Source of the DNA: Yuukianura sp. NJ FZ-2021 | Lineage: Eukaryota | Reading direction: 5' to 3' | Assembly: GCA_046563655.1 (NCBI GenBank) | Contig: CM102285.1 | Location: 3,286,001-3,350,000 of the forward strand | DNA length: 64,000 nt | Shown: one piece after another, positions 41,149 to 53,783 of the stretch | How the letters are laid out: every line of letters starts with the position of its first letter | Position numbering within the stretch: the first letter of the stretch is position 1 | Notes under the pieces: model-generated | The model's database searches: none | Seen by the model: the letters and a program-made list of their open reading frames with translations, nothing else | What the model was told of the DNA's origin: nothing | Program-made: the position numbers and the translations under genes

Positions 41149-42634
41149 TTAACGTCTAAACGTGAGTAGGAGGTCAGTGAGTCTGTCGACCATGAATTGA
41201 AAGAAGGATGCTAATGTTGCCCTGGAGATCGTTTCTGTTATGATGGAAACCTCCAAAGGTCGAAAAGTTCTTGCCAGTTTCTTGTAGTGTTGGCAGTTTG
41301 TTGAGTTGAACAGTCGCGGAAATTCCAATGAAGCGGCATGCAACTGTGCCGCGATTGTGCAAATGTTGTGCAACAAAAGGATGCTTAATGCTACTATTGA
41401 CATGGCGGCGAGAGTTAGCAAGTATCCGCAGTAGTCAAAACAGTAGATGGTGCAAAAAGTAACAACGGGAGTGAACGCCGTCAGAATATATATGAAGATA
41501 ACTGACCAGATTTGTAGGTCCGACGTAACTCGGTTCATGATTACTTGTAGAGCGCGGTACAGCAGTGCCATTCGCGGAGCCGAGAAGTGATTTCCTTCAT
41601 TGTGTGCTCTGTTTACCCAAAATACGTAAAATTAAATACAGTTATGTCACCCTCACCATTAGTTATGCGTCAATAGTAACTTAAGAATAGAATACTTACA
41701 ATAAATATCTTAACATCATCTGAACCTTAATAAACTGTATTAAGAAATTAAACCTAACTGTCCATTTTTGTTTAATTTAGTGCCCTTGTAATTGAGGTCA
41801 CAGCATTTGCAAGGGTTGTGTTACCTCTTACCTCGCTTGATCCAGAATGTTCGAGGACCATTTTGGTATTGTCAACAAATAGAAAGCTTGAGCCATGCAG
41901 TAGAGGTTAAAGATAACTGCAAAAGGCAGCGTGGCTATAAATAAGCCAACACCAACCGAAGCATAATACTCGCCAAAAATAACAACGATCATTTGATTGA
42001 ATGCGACGAATGTGGGAATATCGTTCTCAACTAGTAACAATGCAACCGCCATTGGGGAAATCACGACTCCTAATGTGCCAGCTATCAAATTTAGTTTCAC
42101 CAGTATTTCCAATCCGTCTCGTGTAGAAAGGTTCCACCCATACGTGTTTTCTAAAATATAAATTTTTGAAACACACATATATTTCTGTTTACATTCATTA
42201 TTGTACGATATTTTACCTAAAGACGTCATCAACTGAGAGATGTTTTCGAATAAGCAGTGGATCGTCTTTTGCTGCAGAAGAGCAAATACTTGTAGCGTGA
42301 CAAAGATGCTGACGAATGAGATAATCACAACGAGGAATGCTCTGTTGCGAATGCTGTCAGAAGTGACGTCTCCAAACACCAGCATGAACAGAATAACTGA
42401 ACAGTGGAACAGAATTAAGCATAACATTTCGTAAGTGGAGATCAATTGACGTATTCTACCTCCCGGGAAAATTTGCAACGCGTAAGCCGTGTCTCCTGTG
42501 ACCTTTTTACTACATGTGGTTCGTCTAGCAGCAGCTTGGTTGTTAGCTATTAGAAAAACCTTATCAGGTGAAACCCCAAGGTAGTAGCCAACCTTTAGCG
42601 CGTTATGGATCCAAGTTAGAGTTAACTTCGACAT
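41149..42634 (-). CDS. Divergent gustatory-receptor-like (7TM chemoreceptor) protein, 3 exons, ~398 aa
   Basis: Exons 42634-42217, 42150-41832 and 41608-41149 (1197 nt, phase-consistent GT-AG). The product has several hydrophobic helices and a C-terminal segment FRPLEVSI..ETISRATLASFFQFMVDRLTDLLLTF in the position and style of the TM7 region of arthropod GR/OR-superfamily proteins. The size is typical. Confidence 0.7.
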
Positions 42635-43393
42635 TACAAAAACACAATGTGAAACGTCAAATATAGTAGTTTTAAAAAACTAAACTTGTTAAGAAATTTG
42701 CCACGACAATTTTGGTAAAAAAATATTGTCTTAACTAGTTTAGGTAAGGTATGTCTGGGATTAAGATTAGCTTAATTAGCTTAAGTTTAATTAAGATTTC
42801 GTTTGTTTAAACACAACCGTATCAGGTTCCATCGAACAAACGCTTAAACCGAACCGCTCCTCTTAACTTAATATATATTAGCTTTCGATGGTAGCCGATA
42901 TCAACCTCACCTCAACGTCAAACTTCCAAATTTTCCAGCTTCGTTGTCATATATTATACATTTGGATTACCAAGGAGAATTGAATGTTTATGTCATGCTT
43001 TTACAGATATGTAAAGGAAAACAAAATCTAACAGCGAATTTCACTTCGGTTTTTTTTAGTATTCCAAGGAAAACACTTAATGTTCAAGACCCTATTAATA
43101 TTAAACAGCGTTTAAGTGCCAGTACTAGAATATGTCCGGCGAATTTGTTTTCGGAAAACAATGGCAGTAGTTGTTTTTTAATTTAATAGGTCAAGGTTGA
43201 TGGTTAGATGTAAAACTTTAATACTAAAAGTGTTGCCTAACCTTAACCTAAAATGTAGTAAATAATACAGTGAAAAATTTTCCGGTCGTGAAATCTTATA
43301 CCCTGGTAGAAATAAAATTCACTGAAGAACATTGTCTGCTATGCTTCGTATTTTACAATAAGTTCAATAAGTAGCCGATGACTCCAACATCTA

Positions 43394-43465
43394 TAAACGG
43401 GAGTATGATGTGTGCCGTAAACGGGAGTATGATGTGTGCCGTAAACGGGAGTATGATGTGTGCCG
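43394..43465. repeat. Perfect 24-bp tandem repeat x3 (TAAACGGGAGTATGATGTGTGCCG)
   Basis: Three adjacent identical units followed by partial GTATGATG units. Confidence 0.95.
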
Positions 43466-46400
43466 CATGTATGATGGATGTATGATGCTGCCATTTAGGT
43501 GTGCCCATACAAGGTGGCCTTAGCAGCTACACTGTGTGGCTATTAATGACGATCGATAAACCAGGACCTAATGTTTAGAATTGCCCAAAGTTAGTTTTCA
43601 TTATAGGAGTTTTTGCTACGTATAAATTTTTAGTAACATGATTAGTATTAAGCAGCCTTTAGCTTTAAAGTGACCCTCCTGACCTTTTATTGATTTTTGG
43701 TTATTTCCACATGTGAATTTCTGCACAGTCTTAGATCTAAAGAAGTAGAAAAAGTTAGTTTTCTTTGAAAGCTCAAATTCAAACTCCTCTAAATGAAGTA
43801 GGTAAATCGTATAGTATTATAGTATCTGCGACTGCTTAATAGTTGGAAAATCATTTGTTCGTTTTTTTAACCGTGTTTTTTTAAAACCGGGCTTGTGAAA
43901 ACGTCGGGCTTGTGAATTTTTTCTAACAATTCTTTATCCCCATCGCAATTTTTTAACAGAACAGTAAGGAAATTGGAATACGTTGAAAAAATAAACGCAG
44001 AAAAGCAAATAATTGAAATAATATGCCGCTAAGAGCAAAACATTTACTGCAGAGCTGCGTCTGATATTTGTGCTTTCACTTTATTTTTCTTTGTTTCGTA
44101 GATATTCTGACACAAATGTTAAGTTTTTGTGCCGGCTGCGGCTGAAGCTAGAGAACGCAGTGAAAGTGCAAAGTCATTTTCGTTAATGTTTCAATTAATA
44201 CTGATGAGGGACAGGTGACACAACATTAGCGTTTTAATTACAAAGCATTTCAAACAAAGTGGGTTTTAAATACTTTCAAAATCTCCCCTCATCGGACCAA
44301 CCCTATCAGGAACTTAGCTCTTGCAGAGTTTAGAAGGGAAAGGAAGGTTGAAATAGGCCGCTAATCATAGTTTATTTCACCCGATTTAAATTTTTGATTT
44401 GAAAAGTAGAGGATGCAAAAGGTTTGTAAATATATTCAAAAAGTAACTGCTACGGGATGAGCTAAGGGAAAACCATAACTTCCTCAATTCGAACGTCGCC
44501 GCTTCAAATGCATCTCTATTTTACAGAACAACTAAAAAACGGGTAACAAGAACACAGTTTCGTTTGAAGTTGACCGGCCGAAGAGGCAGAGAGGGAATGG
44601 GCGCCAAGGGAATTCCTTTGTTTCTTCAGATCATCTTTGTTGCCACTCCCATCTCTTAACATGGATTGTCATCTTCCCAAATATGCTCTCAAAAGTTAAC
44701 CCTAACCTAGCTCGTGACTTTTGAACTCATCCTAAGGACTCAACGTGGAAAGACAGAGACCCTTGGAACAGATGAGACGCCCTTAAGGGCCCTCTACGGT
44801 CTAATTGAACTCCAAATTGAACCTCCGAAAAAAGAATAGAGCATGACCCAGCCTTAATTAAATGCCAATCTTCTTTTTTTTAAACTATTTTTTTCTTTTT
44901 TGAATTTTACCTCCTACTGAACATGACCTTTTCTAAACGCTGGGTTAGGCTCTGGTTGAAAACAATACCGCCTTTTGTGTGTGGAAGACAAGAGATCGGT
45001 AATAACTACAATTTTGATCTGGGTAGAAATGATCTCCGAAGCACGCGCTTTCTTAGGTTAGAGCGTTTGACCAAAAATACGCAAATTGTTGCGGGATTTT
45101 AAACATTGCGCTTAAATTCTGCGATTGCAACCTCGCCGTTTTACTACTGAAAAAGTCTTGGCTGGAAGAAAATTTTAAGATATGAGCTTTTTACCAGTTT
45201 GATTTAAAGCGATTTTTCAATTCCAACTGAAACATGCTCTCTGCGCTTGGCTTTAAGGTTTAAGCTTGCAGACTTGACTGAAATTTCAAAACAAGAGAAA
45301 AAGAAGTCATTCTTTTGAAAAATCTGAGAAGATGTTCGTGTCTCGCCTGTCATTTTTCCTATGTGGCTCAGATGGCTCATTTTGAAAATAAGTGAAAGCA
45401 ATTGTCGCTTTCTCCTTTGTATACTCCACAAAATCCATAACCTTAGCAAGGGCATTTGCTAAGTTAACTTGCAGCTTCCGTTAGGTGAACTTATTTTTTT
45501 TAAGTTATGCTTGGCGTTGACGAAGTAGTTGGATCATAGATGGGTCAAAGCTGGAAGTAGTAAAAACTTTAAAGTTGAACATAGGAGACAAAGTACACCC
45601 AGTATTTGAACAGATGAACAGAAAAAATACGTTTTATGCCTTCCTGTGCTCCTCAAACGGTGGCGTTCTAAATGGAGTCATAAAAATTCACCTTTGCTTT
45701 TGGAACAATTCTAAACAACTACCAAGTTTTTACTTGGAATTGATGTGTCTGTAACGGATGAGGACGCAGAGTGATAATTAGTAGGTATCCATGTCATGTC
45801 AAAGTCCTTGGAGGCAGAGATACTTCTTTTTGTCTGCATGTCACTCGTAAAATAAATGCCTCTTCATTATGCCTTGAATTTGGAACTAAAAGACCAGCTT
45901 GCCCTTTTCCATTGTGCGTGTTTGTGTGTGCCTCGACAGAGTCGCCAAAGGGACCCTTAAGGGCTGTAGATGACGTTTTCTTATTTTTCTTCAAAAATTT
46001 CAAGGTGTGTTATCCTCATCATAAGTGAAGCAGAAGGTACGTAGGGGATCTAAGGTATTTTTCATCTTCTGGACATGGAGCCTCATGAACAAAAGTTGTT
46101 ATTATTATGATTTAGAAACCACTTTTAAGACAATTCTGCCTTTGTCTCTCAGTCTCCCAAAGTCATCTTGGAGTCCGCGTCCAGAAGGTTTCGGTGTCGT
46201 TCAAAGGCCCTTAAAGGGCTCCTAACCCTTCGCCTAACCTCTCCGCAGCAGGATGTCACCTAACCTAACAAAATAAAAGAAGAAGAATAGGCTATGAATG
46301 AGTACGAGCTTAGGTTGTTTAGGAGAATTTGAGGGTCAACATAAACCTGAATAGACCTATTGTCACAAAATCCTAATCTTGACTTAATCTGAGAAGATTA

Positions 46401-49400
46401 TGACAAAGTGGAAAGAAGATCAAGTTACTTGAGGCTTCGTGTAATGCTTCCGTGGCGGTGTAAAGAGGCGTAAGATGATTAGGACCAACACGCCGTGACA
46501 ACGCGCGACAACAGACCACCATGGACATCTCCTATGCCGCAGCAATAGGCTGCTTTTGTTGGGTTCGGTTAGGATGCCTACAGTGGGGTGTAAGATCCTA
46601 ATCTGTTTCTGTTGACATTCCTGTTGAACATGACAAGACCTTCCCGCGGCAGTAATTAAAGCCGCAACGTTGACATTCTCCCGCTTTCTCCCTTTGAAAG
46701 TTAGTTTTTAGGGTGGGCAGAACACAAACCAACTTCAAAGAGAAAATTGTTTTTGAGGGGATTCGCTTTATCTGCTGTTTCCCCTAACACAATTTTCGGC
46801 AAAACTTTCTACATGCCTCTGGAACTCAAAAGCTTTGGGTAGAGTAGATCCTATTCCTTTGACTGACATTCCGCAAATAGGCTAAATGGATAAGTCCACA
46901 CAAAATTAAAACTTTAATTGTCACTCTGACGCCAAATTGCTTAAAAAAGGTTAGACGACCATCTCTCTGTCACTAAATCGGAACAAATCTCAACTTACTC
47001 CAAATCAACATAACGTTGTTGGAAAAAAAAGCAAAGGTAAGACAAAAAACTTATAAAACAAGCTGTATATTGAGTATCTTGCGTAATGTGTTGCATAAGT
47101 ACTAACTAGAAATAGGGACATCGAGATGCAGCGATGTTGTCGCTTACAAATTGGGAAGCAACAGCAACACCCTATCGCCTGTGCGTTAGACAGAAAGATG
47201 ATGGATGAACAGTATTTGTTGGACTGATTCAATGTCAACTGGACCGTGTCACGAAAGCGACTCCCTCATAAATCAAAATCACGACTTTTGACCTTCCAAG
47301 TGTAAAAATCTAAACGAAACCTAATGCTCCCCCTTCGCACTTTCTCCCACACCTAATGAGCCAAGACACAAACCCAGCCCTAACCTAAAAACAACACAAA
47401 ACAACGTCATCATCCTCTCGTCTCCGCACTTAACCGTCAAATCACTCAATTGGTAAATTTCGTCTTACTTCTGCTTCTACTTTTCGTCTTCCCCCAGCCG
47501 TCGCCAACATTCAATATTAATTTATCCACCGCTTTCACTTTCACTTTCATTTTCACCGTCAACTTAATCTTATCTTACTTTTTCTCATTTCACAACAGTA
47601 CACATCGTTTCACAAAATTTGAGTTCAGTTTACGCAGATTCGGTTTGCTAAGTAATTCACCCTGTTAGGTAATGCACTGCATAAATTTTTTGGGGATATT
47701 TGAAAAACGAAAAACCTCGCAGTGTATGAGGTCACGCGCTGCAACAACGAAATAAAAATTGGTTCGAATCGGAAAAACAAATCGGCGATTCTGCCTATTC
47801 GTGAACAATTTCAGTCCTCACACAATTATTATGTTAAGCGTAAAATGAATTCACTAGTGGAATACAGTAGTCCTTGTACGCGTATTAGGAATTGACGTCA
47901 GTGTCAGTAGTTATCACATAATACTGCTGTTGGGGTACGATTTTGTTATTTCAAAACTTAAAAATCATAGTTTTCATTTTTTCCTCTATTTCATGTACAT
48001 ATCTAATATATGGACATTGATGAATGAATACTGCCTTTGAAAGAAAAAAAAAGCTTTCGGCATTTGACCAAAAAGTTTTTGGTTCATTTTAATTCCTTTA
48101 TAATGAAGTCTCCGATGTATTCTTGTCTGTCATGTCATGTCACACAGTCACTCCTGAAGTCATCGTCCAAGTATAAGAGCATATGTCTAGTAGTCAGAGG
48201 TAAAACTGGAAAATAAGCACAAATTCCTTCGGGCTTTTCTGGTGAATGAAAAAGATGAGTTCATTCAGAGACTTCAAAACAAGCTGCGTTTGACTTAACT
48301 TGGACAGGACAGGAAAGAGAGACAAGGGATAGTAATTAACAATGTTTAGTAGAAATTTTATACAAAAATGTTACTTTTCGAAATACAATCCAATCAAATT
48401 GACAATTGAAGACTTGCACCGTGCAGGAAATTAATGAAAGGCTTCAGTTCCGACTACTTTTCTTCCTTGTTTGTCACTTTCTTTAACATTTCAGCCAACC
48501 AGAATCCAGAATCCAGTTCTAAGTTTGTAGAAATGGTAAAGTTAGTTTAGTCATGTTTGGAAAGCTTTCTGAAAAGAAAAGTGCGGTAAAAATCAAACAA
48601 AGGAGCAAAAAAATCCAAGAGAGAATGTCCAAGTAATACTAAAATTGAAGATCCCGAGAGATGACCAATCGAATTTCCCTCTGTTTCGGCACACTTTCCC
48701 CGCGTCTCACTGTTTGACTTTCTCGCAGCACAAGACCAAACACTTGACGTTTCTCATAAATAACGGAAAAGAGGAAAGAGGCTTCTTCTTCTTCTACTAA
48801 TAATCGAATGCTGACCACGTCTTTCTCTTAATTGCCAAACGATTGTTCATATAACGCCTGGTGTGGAATCTGTGCGCGCGCATGTACGCGCTCTGTTTTT
48901 ACCAATCACGAAATTTTTAGCAAAAGAATTCTTGATCTAACTAAGTTTTCTCACAACTTTTATAAAACAGGCGAGCATAGAAAAAATATCAGTTTCTATG
49001 TGTATTTTTTGAAGCAAGTTTCACAGTAACCCAAAAAAAAACATTTCGGGTCAATTCAATTTAATTTTTGTGTTTTCATATCTTGCAAATTCATTTTTAA
49101 AATCCCAAAATTCAAACCAAATTCAACTTCAATAACCAAACTTTGATTTCAAATCATTTTGAAAGACTCGTTTTTCAGTAAAATCTGAATTAGCATGTAA
49201 AGGAGTATGCGTTAATCATTAGTCTAATTAGCTTTCACTGTAGTATGAAAATTTTAATTTCTTAACCCCGATTTTTTAGACGCTAAGACTGACCTCTTGC
49301 AAGTTTCATCCTCCTGCATACCGTTTGGCAGGAAAGTAATAAAGAAGCTTTTAGAGTCGAAAGGCGGAAGTTCAATTTTCCTAAAAGCGAGAGAAAGCAA

Positions 49401-51904
49401 AGGAAAGTAGCAAATTCTAGACAAAGTACAGGAAAATCAAGCGAGAGCGGGCATTTCTCTTCCTTTTGGACCCTATGTTCGTCCTGTTGTGGAAGAAAGT
49501 TTCCGGATCGATGACAAAATCCCTCCCGGGTCATTAAATCCAGCCAACACTAATTATTTTCTTATGATAATCCGACACAGATGGAAGGTAAACACAGATT
49601 CAGGAGGAAGCAGAGTTGGGTCTTGAAGTTGCATAACACAGGAGAAGGGGGAAAATACAAAAATTAAAAACGATCATCATCATCAGAGGAAGCAGAGGCA
49701 TGGAGTGAGTAAGGGAGATTTGTAGCCTCTGGCCTCAAAAAGGAACCAACAAACGACGAAAGGGAAAGCAAAGTAAAAGCATTTCAAACTTCTAAAACAA
49801 TTTGCAAAATGATGAAACGATCGTGAACGCGCGTTTCCCTTTGTTTGACATCTCAAACACAATCACTAATTAATCTCTAAACTGTCTCCACCAGCACAAA
49901 AATTACAAAAAAAAAATTTTTTTGAAAATCCCGCCCTTGCTTTATGAAATTTGCAAAAATTTTGCAAAAAAAATTTGCCGCACCAAAACACTTCTAACAA
50001 AGTAACTTCTTCGTGCAAAATTTAAATGCGGAAACTTGCCTCTGATGATTTTTTGTCAAAAAATTACCAGTGACGATCTTTTCTTACATAAGTTAGTCGT
50101 AGTTTATTTAGTTTTTAGAAATTTGGCGGGGAAAATTTGAATATTTTTTACTTTCACCTTAATCGTCCACTGTCATTTCCCGCGCCTTATTCCTTTGGGT
50201 TTCCGTTAAGCCTAAAGCTGTTTCCTAGGATTAATTCTTCCGTCTGCCTCCATCTCCCAAACCGCGTTCAGTAGACACCGTTTATAGTCATTTCTTTGTT
50301 TATCCCTCCCAAATGCTGGTGGTTTATGCATATTCAAGACTTGCTGAAAACTGTAGTTCCAGAGCGCGCTTTCTAAATCCAAACTTTTCATCTGCATTAA
50401 ATTATATCCATTGGGTGGGGATCCTTTGATTAGAGATTCCGTCGGTTCCCGGCGGTTTTAGCCTAATACCCTTCCATCTCGGCGTAAGCGGGCGTTTAGG
50501 CAATGAATGCAAGAAAGTACCAGCCGAAAGTATAAGGAATGGGTATAACCTATGTCTAACCCTCACCTAATTACTTGGAAGAAACTGGGAAAAAAGTGGG
50601 GTTGACGTTTTTAATATGAGAGGCCAAACATAATGGAGAGTCTGCCAGAAACAGGAGGCTGGGAATGCTAGGGAAGATGAAGAAAGTGAATTTTTTAGTG
50701 AAGAGAAAGACACCCCAGATGCTCACCTTTTAAATTAAAAGAAAGAGATTTATTACCTGTAAGTGCTACATCTCCGGTGTTATAAGGTTAGCATGAGTCT
50801 GTACTTTGGAATTTCATAAGCAACAAATACATCAACACACCAATACATACGCAGTCTGAGAAAGACTATTTAGCACCCGACCAAATCGAATTTACTCAAC
50901 AAAAATAAAAAAAAACTTGCCAGTTTTTCAACAACAATAAAAAACTTGCCAATTTTTTTTGTGAGAAAATATTTCCTTACCATTAATGCATTTGTTTCTT
51001 TACCGGCGTTTTAGGTAAGTTCTGCTTACGTATTAATAACGTACTGTTTGAAGCATGAAGTTTTAATGGTATAGAAATACTGGTTAGGTGTGTACTTTTA
51101 TGCACTTCCTAGATCTTTTTACTTTTTTCTTCATTTCTTTTAAAATTTAAATGAAAGGGTGATCCAGGAAGAGCAGAAATTTATATGGAAAATGTCAGCA
51201 GAAGGAAAGTAGATTAATAGCTTTTTGTTGGACATGAAGATTCCAACTCGTCTTCCTTCCTTTGAGTTTGAGTGCTTTTGTTTTCCTCGCTAATTCCCTA
51301 TTGTCTGCATAAAAACTAAAAATTTCTGCAAATCTCGCAAAAAAAAAAACAACATACACAGAAAAAAACAAAGGATGGATTTAGTTTACTAATTAGTCCC
51401 GATTCTTTGTTCAAAATTTTTGCCAAAAAAAAAAAAGAAAGGAGTACAAGTTACATATTCTGAAGTAATATCCACATCTTCTAAAAATTGGGAGTTTTGG
51501 CACATTTCAACTTTTAATAACAATTAATGCGATTTTACATTTTAGAATGTTTATAACAACTTTCTATATTGTTCACATAATTTGTCAATTTCACTTTGTA
51601 TAACTCAACTACACAACTACATTACAATAAATAACGAAACAGTATACGGATTTTTTTACACGCAGATTAGACATCTTTTAAGCACCAATTCCTCAAAAGT
51701 GGGACTGATTTCTTTTTCAAATTGAGATTCCTTAAATTTTGTTACTTTCACACTACAAGTGAAAGTTGGCGTAGTATTATACTTATTGTTAGACTTGAAT
51801 TCATCGACTTTTGTGTCGAATGAAAAAGAAGTTTGGCATCTCAAAGTTCCGTCGAGGTGCACCCTGCCGTTGAAGATACGAAGCATTGGTCTTGTTGTAG
51901 AAGA

Positions 51905-52360
51905 TCATTTGGATGGCTCTGGTTGATCTAAAAATCAACAGAGAAATTCGGCTTTGTTATTCACATGTTACAGATATGTAACATTTAATTTGTGTGTAAA
52001 AAGTAACTTTGTTTAGAGATAAACCTGATATAGATAAATAAGTAAATAAATAAAATTGTAAAAAATGAAAATGTCAATAATAAAATGAATGCTTTGCGTT
52101 CTGTGTTAAAGGATTCGCCAAATAGCTAATACATCCGCTGAGCATGGTTACAATAAATTTTATTCGATTAAGTTTTTACCTGGGGATGCTACTGAAGTCT
52201 CCGCCGATTCCATGCTTTTACAAGGACAGAGTCCTTCCGGGAGTGCAGTAGCTGCGATATCGTCTGGATCATCTCGACTAATTTTGACAATGATGAAAAT
52301 TAAGGACAGCAGAATCATGACTGCTAAAAATATCACCACAACTCCCCGCTCATTTACCAT
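51905..52360 (-). CDS. Small single-pass membrane protein (~67 aa), 2 coding exons
   Basis: Exon 52360-52180 (MVNERGVVVIFLAVMILLSLIFIIVKISRDDPDD...SP, donor G|gtaaaa) joins acceptor ttttag|51927 to give DQPEPSK-TGA. There is one strong hydrophobic segment. An upstream acceptor at 52381 suggests a 5' UTR intron. Confidence 0.55.
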
Positions 52361-52814
52361 GACGAAAAGGTTGTCAATTTCCTATAGAAATTTTATATAA
52401 AATAGGAAAATTCTAACTGAATCGGGATTTTAAAATTCAAAATAAACAGATCAAATTACTAGGCACTACAGGTAACCAGTATTTTTACACAACCACAACT
52501 TTAGTTGCGTCGCGCATGCAACGGCAACCGCAAAATAAGTTTGACTACCCGCAATGTATTCCGAAAAATGCTTATTTTTAGATCTGAGCCAAAACTGGTA
52601 AATGAATCGGCTATTTCGAAAAAGCTTATTTTCTCTGTTTTCAAAATCAGGTTAGGCTGTTGTTAGTAAGCTGAAGTGTATCTTACGATTTGAAGCGAAA
52701 GGGAAGCGCAAGGAAGGCATCCACACCAATTTTTTCTACAGGAAGTAGGTCTTTGTAGAGTAGACGATTTCAAGCATGATTCAGTTTTTCAAAAAATATG
52801 TAAATATAAACAAG

Positions 52815-53397
52815 GTAGGGCAATGCTCAAGGGTTGAGCATAGGTCTTCTGGAGGGAGTGGACAATTGATACGACTTAAATCACTCTAACGCTGGTGAAC
52901 AAAATAATGTAAAACCGTTTTCATGTAGTTGATGCACCAAAGCGTCGCTCAAAATACTCAGTGCGGATGTGTGGTCCTATTTTGTGCATACGTTGCACCA
53001 AAATTGGGTTGGCAATTCTACCATTTAATTGCACCAAAGTCATGTTTCAGTTTTGAGCCCCAAAATATTTGCACTGAATTAATGTTGTTAATTTGTTGAG
53101 CAAGATGCACATAATGTATTTTCTGTATTGCCATGGCAATGTACTATTAGCGAAAACAGCGTAAACCAAACGGCATCAAAATAATATCGAAATTGAGCTT
53201 TGTGCATGATGCACAAAATTGAACGCCGAGGAGTATGGGTCGAACATCCCTTCTTTGAAGTCAAAATCGGTTGAAATACATGCACCATGTGTCAAATTAG
53301 GTGCATAAGTTATAGCGTCGAATATTACTTGATTAAAATCAAAACTTAAAATTTTCTGGCAAAGGGAAACTTGAACCCTGCCAAGCACTGCTTACGT
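52815..53397. mobile_element. Old MITE-like relic with TGCACCAAA repeats
   Basis: Repeated TGCAC(C/A)A motifs in both orientations between degenerate inverted termini (GCAATGCTCAAGGGTTGA / TGAACCCTGCCAAGCACTGC). Confidence 0.3.
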
Positions 53398-53649
53398 ATT
53401 ATGAATTTAAGCCGGAATTTCTACCCTCTAACAAGGCTAAATTTAACAAAGCGTTTAAACTAAATGTCAGGAAATGAGCAGATCAAAACTGCGTTGTTTA
53501 CTAATACTTTGAGTGCAATCGAAACCAAAACAGCAATGCGGAGCCACGATACTGCGGGTACGTAAAGTAGCCGCCCATTTCTACGTTGTTAATGTACGAG
53601 TTTGAGTGCAATGTAGAGGTAATGAAAAAACTTGAGCTATAAATAACCC

Positions 53650-53783
53650 CCCGACTGCGATGGGGCTAATGTTTCAGTGAAATGTTTCCTAAAAAACGTT
53701 ACGGACAGACAGACAGACAGACAAAGTCGTATCAATAGTCTTCTTCAGCATGTCGTAGACATGCGTCTCCAGAAGACTAAAAG
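53650..53783 (-). mobile_element. 5' fragment of a HINE/Helentron-like element
   Basis: The minus strand reads TTTT-AGTCTTC...GCATGTC-TAC-GACATGC...GAAGACT (nested hairpin) followed by (GTCT)n-GTCCGT. The inner boundary is uncertain. Confidence 0.5.

Noticed and set aside
43394-43465. CRISPR-like array
   Set aside because: The repeats are adjacent with no spacers, the context is eukaryotic, and there are no cas genes.
51656-51886. 76-aa ORF as a continuation of the small membrane protein
   Set aside because: The phase-1 splice gives a stop at 51905-51907, so this ORF falls in the predicted 3' UTR.
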